DNA of 36,686 nucleotides from Myxococcota bacterium (GTDB lineage Bacteria; Myxococcota; JACRCW01): assembly GCA_040752415.1 (NCBI GenBank), contig JBFMGU010000095.1, positions 1 through 36,686 on the forward strand, read 5' to 3'. How positions within the stretch are numbered: position 1 is the stretch's first letter; each line of letters begins with the position of its first letter. Under the pieces are notes generated by a model. That model was not told the origin of the DNA, made no database searches, and was given only the letters and a program-made list of their open reading frames with translations. Shown in pieces: positions 34,672-36,686 of the stretch. A program made the position numbers and the translations under genes.

Positions 34672-36087
34672 ACGCAACACGCCCTGCGCCCGCGCCACGT
34701 CGAGGAAACGCGCATAGACCTCGTCGGTCTGGGTCAGGCGCATCCGGGGATCACCGCGGTACCTGCGCCACGCCAGCTCCTCCAGCTCCCGCTGCCCGGT
34801 GAGGCCCCCGCTTCCGGGAAGCGGCATGAACTGCTGCCCGTCGCACTCCGGCGCGTGCAGCTCCTCCTCGGTGGCGAGGATGGGAGGCAGCTCCACCGGG
34901 GGCGCGGGGTTCTTGTCGATGATGCGCTGCTCGTCGAGGACGTGCAGCAGCGAGTTGGCGGCGGCGTCGCGTTCGGTGAGCTGCGGCAAATCCCACAGCG
35001 TGGCCAGGGTGCGGAAGATGCTGGTGTGATCCAGCACCGTGTTGCTGACCGTGCCCGCCTTCACGTACGGGCCCAGCACCATGGCCGGCACGCGGAATCC
35101 CAGCTGGTCGAATCCCTCCGCCGCGCGCGTGTCCACCGTCTTGGGCGGCGGCACGTGGTCGTAGAAACCGCCGTGCTCGTCGTAGGTGACAATGAACAGC
35201 GTCTCATTCCACTGCGGGCTGCGCGCCAGCGACGTGTAGATGGATTGGAGGAGGACCTGGCCCGCCACGGGGTGCGTGGGCGGATGGTCGTCATTGCGGC
35301 CGTAGATGGGGTCAATCAGCGTGAACGTCTCCAGCTGTCCCGCCGCGGCGTCCTCGTGGAACTTCTCCAGGTAGCGGAACTCCGGGTCCGCCAGGCTGAT
35401 GCCGTCCAACACCACGCAGAACGGCAGGTTGCCGTAGTAGTTGGCCCAGCGGATGCGCTTCTCGTCGAGGCGCGTGAAGATGCTGTCCACCGGACCAACG
35501 ATGGCCTCGTTGCTCTTGTTCCCGCCGCTGTGGGTGCACAACAGGTGATAGCGGTTGGGCCACGTGGGCCCCATCACCGAGGCATGCCAGCGCTGGCACA
35601 GCACACCCGACGGGAGAAGCCCGTAGAACGCGGAGAGCGCGGTGCCGTCGAAATAGCCCATCACGCGGTGCGCTTCCGCCGCCCCCACGCGCTCCTCGTG
35701 CTCCCGCACGAAGCCGTCGTTGGCGCCGTTGTTGAACTGCGAGTGCGAAGCGTTCCAGCCGTGACCGGGGTCCTCCACGCAGAACGCGTCGGCGGGAGCG
35801 ATGCCCACCGCCGTCCCGTCGGCAAGCGGGTTGGTCATGTTGCTGCGCAGCCCCTCCACGTCGGCGCGACCGCCCAGGCTGAGCGCGCCGAAGTAGTGGT
35901 CGAAGCTCCGGTTCTCCATCATCAGCACCACCACGTGCTTGATGCGGTCCGCCACGAGCGCGGGGGAGAAGCTGGGCGGCGTTTCCGGTTGCTGCTCCTT
36001 GGCCGAGCCATCCGAGCAACGCGGCAGGACGGGGGTCAGCGCCGCGGCGGCCATTCCGCGCAGCGCGGTGCGTCGGGTGATGCGCAT
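34660..36087 (-). CDS. Tat-exported phosphoesterase (phospholipase C/AcpA family)
   Basis: TRRTAL twin-arginine signal, IKHVVVLMMENRSFDHYFG, GPTWPNR, DDHPP, TYDEHGGFYDHV, GFRVP and DHTS. Confidence 0.92.
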   Translation of the reverse strand: MRITRRTALRGMAAAALTPVLPRCSDGSAKEQQPETPPSFSPALVADRIKHVVVLMMENRSFDHYFGALSLGGRADVEGLRSNMTNPLADGTAVGIAPADAFCVEDPGHGWNASHSQFNNGANDGFVREHEERVGAAEAHRVMGYFDGTALSAFYGLLPSGVLCQRWHASVMGPTWPNRYHLLCTHSGGNKSNEAIVGPVDSIFTRLDEKRIRWANYYGNLPFCVVLDGISLADPEFRYLEKFHEDAAAGQLETFTLIDPIYGRNDDHPPTHPVAGQVLLQSIYTSLARSPQWNETLFIVTYDEHGGFYDHVPPPKTVDTRAAEGFDQLGFRVPAMVLGPYVKAGTVSNTVLDHTSIFRTLATLWDLPQLTERDAAANSLLHVLDEQRIIDKNPAPPVELPPILATEEELHAPECDGQQFMPLPGSGGLTGQRELEELAWRRYRGDPRMRLTQTDEVYARFLDVARAQGVLRSRG

Positions 36088-36304
36088 GGCCCAGGAATTA
36101 GGCCGCGCTGCGGAAGGACGCAACCGCTTCCCCCGGCGGCGCTTGCGTCACAGGCCATGCCGCGGCGTGTCAGCACCACGCGGGACCGAACCCGAGCACC
36201 ACCCCGTTCGCGATGTCGCACCTGGACCTACGACGTGGAATCGCGGTGTTGACCCGAGACGGACTAGAGTGCGTGCAATGGGTGGGCTCCATTCACGGGG
36301 ATGG

Positions 36305-36686
36305 ATGGCACGCGTTGTCGCGTTGCTTCCGGCGTTGGCGCTGAACCAGCTTGGGTGCACCACGTGCCCCGAGGGGACCGTCGAGGAAGGCGGCACCTGC
36401 GTGGAGCTGTGCAACGCCACGGAGGACTGCGGCCGGGACGAGATCTGCGACGAGGGTAAGTGTCGGCCGGGCCAGGGTGCCTCCACCTCGTCGTCCTCCG
36501 CTTCCAGCGCGTCCTCCTCGTCGGGGATCACAACCACCAGCTCCTCGACGACCAGCAGCACCTCGTCGTCAAGCAGCACCTCGTCCTCATCCACCAGCTC
36601 GTCCTCGTCGAGCAGCGCCTCGTCGTCATCCAGCGGCTCCTCCACCGGCGCCACCAGCTCCTCCGCCAGCAGCGCCCTCGTCAGCT
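36305..36686 (+). CDS. Cys-rich lipoprotein with Ser-rich linker, 3'-truncated by the window edge
   Basis: My translation reads MARVVALLPALALNQLGCTTCPEG...CNATEDCGRDEICDEGKC followed by poly-Ser. It is absent from the ORF track because there is no stop in the window. Alternative start at 36278. Confidence 0.75.
   Translation, partial: MARVVALLPALALNQLGCTTCPEGTVEEGGTCVELCNATEDCGRDEICDEGKCRPGQGASTSSSSASSASSSSGITTTSSSTTSSTSSSSSTSSSSTSSSSSSSASSSSSGSSTGATSSSASSALVS

Overview
This is a high-GC bacterial chromosomal segment. The many Cys-rich and Ser- or DAG-linker lipoproteins, the hybrid kinase and several sigma-54 promoters suggest a Myxococcota-type organism (inference). It holds about 33 mostly unlinked genes. 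Recognisable ones include a DUF99 nuclease, SBP-HK-REC hybrid kinase, extended SDR, bcp, tnaA, AlkA-like glycosylase, AlgG-like beta-helix protein, AraC, beta-propeller lipoprotein, BpsA-like protein, GT1, SEC-C-map, nitrilase, TetR plus alpha/beta hydrolase and a Tat phosphoesterase. I saw no rRNA, tRNA, CRISPR array, transposase or integrase. The most notable observations are: (1) a signal-peptide-bearing proteasome-beta-like (Ntn) protein with Ser1/Asp17/Arg19/Lys33/Gly47 in exact proteasome register; (2) a BpsA-like aminopropyltransferase fused to an apparently degenerate AdoMetDC-like domain; (3) two instances of back-to-back sigma-54 promoters driving a small ORF one way and a lipoprotein the other; (4) a PafBC/WYL-like promoter architecture before the AlkA-like gene; and (5) several distinct REP/REPIN-like palindromic repeat families in the intergenic gaps. 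All family calls come from motif recognition by eye, not database searches.
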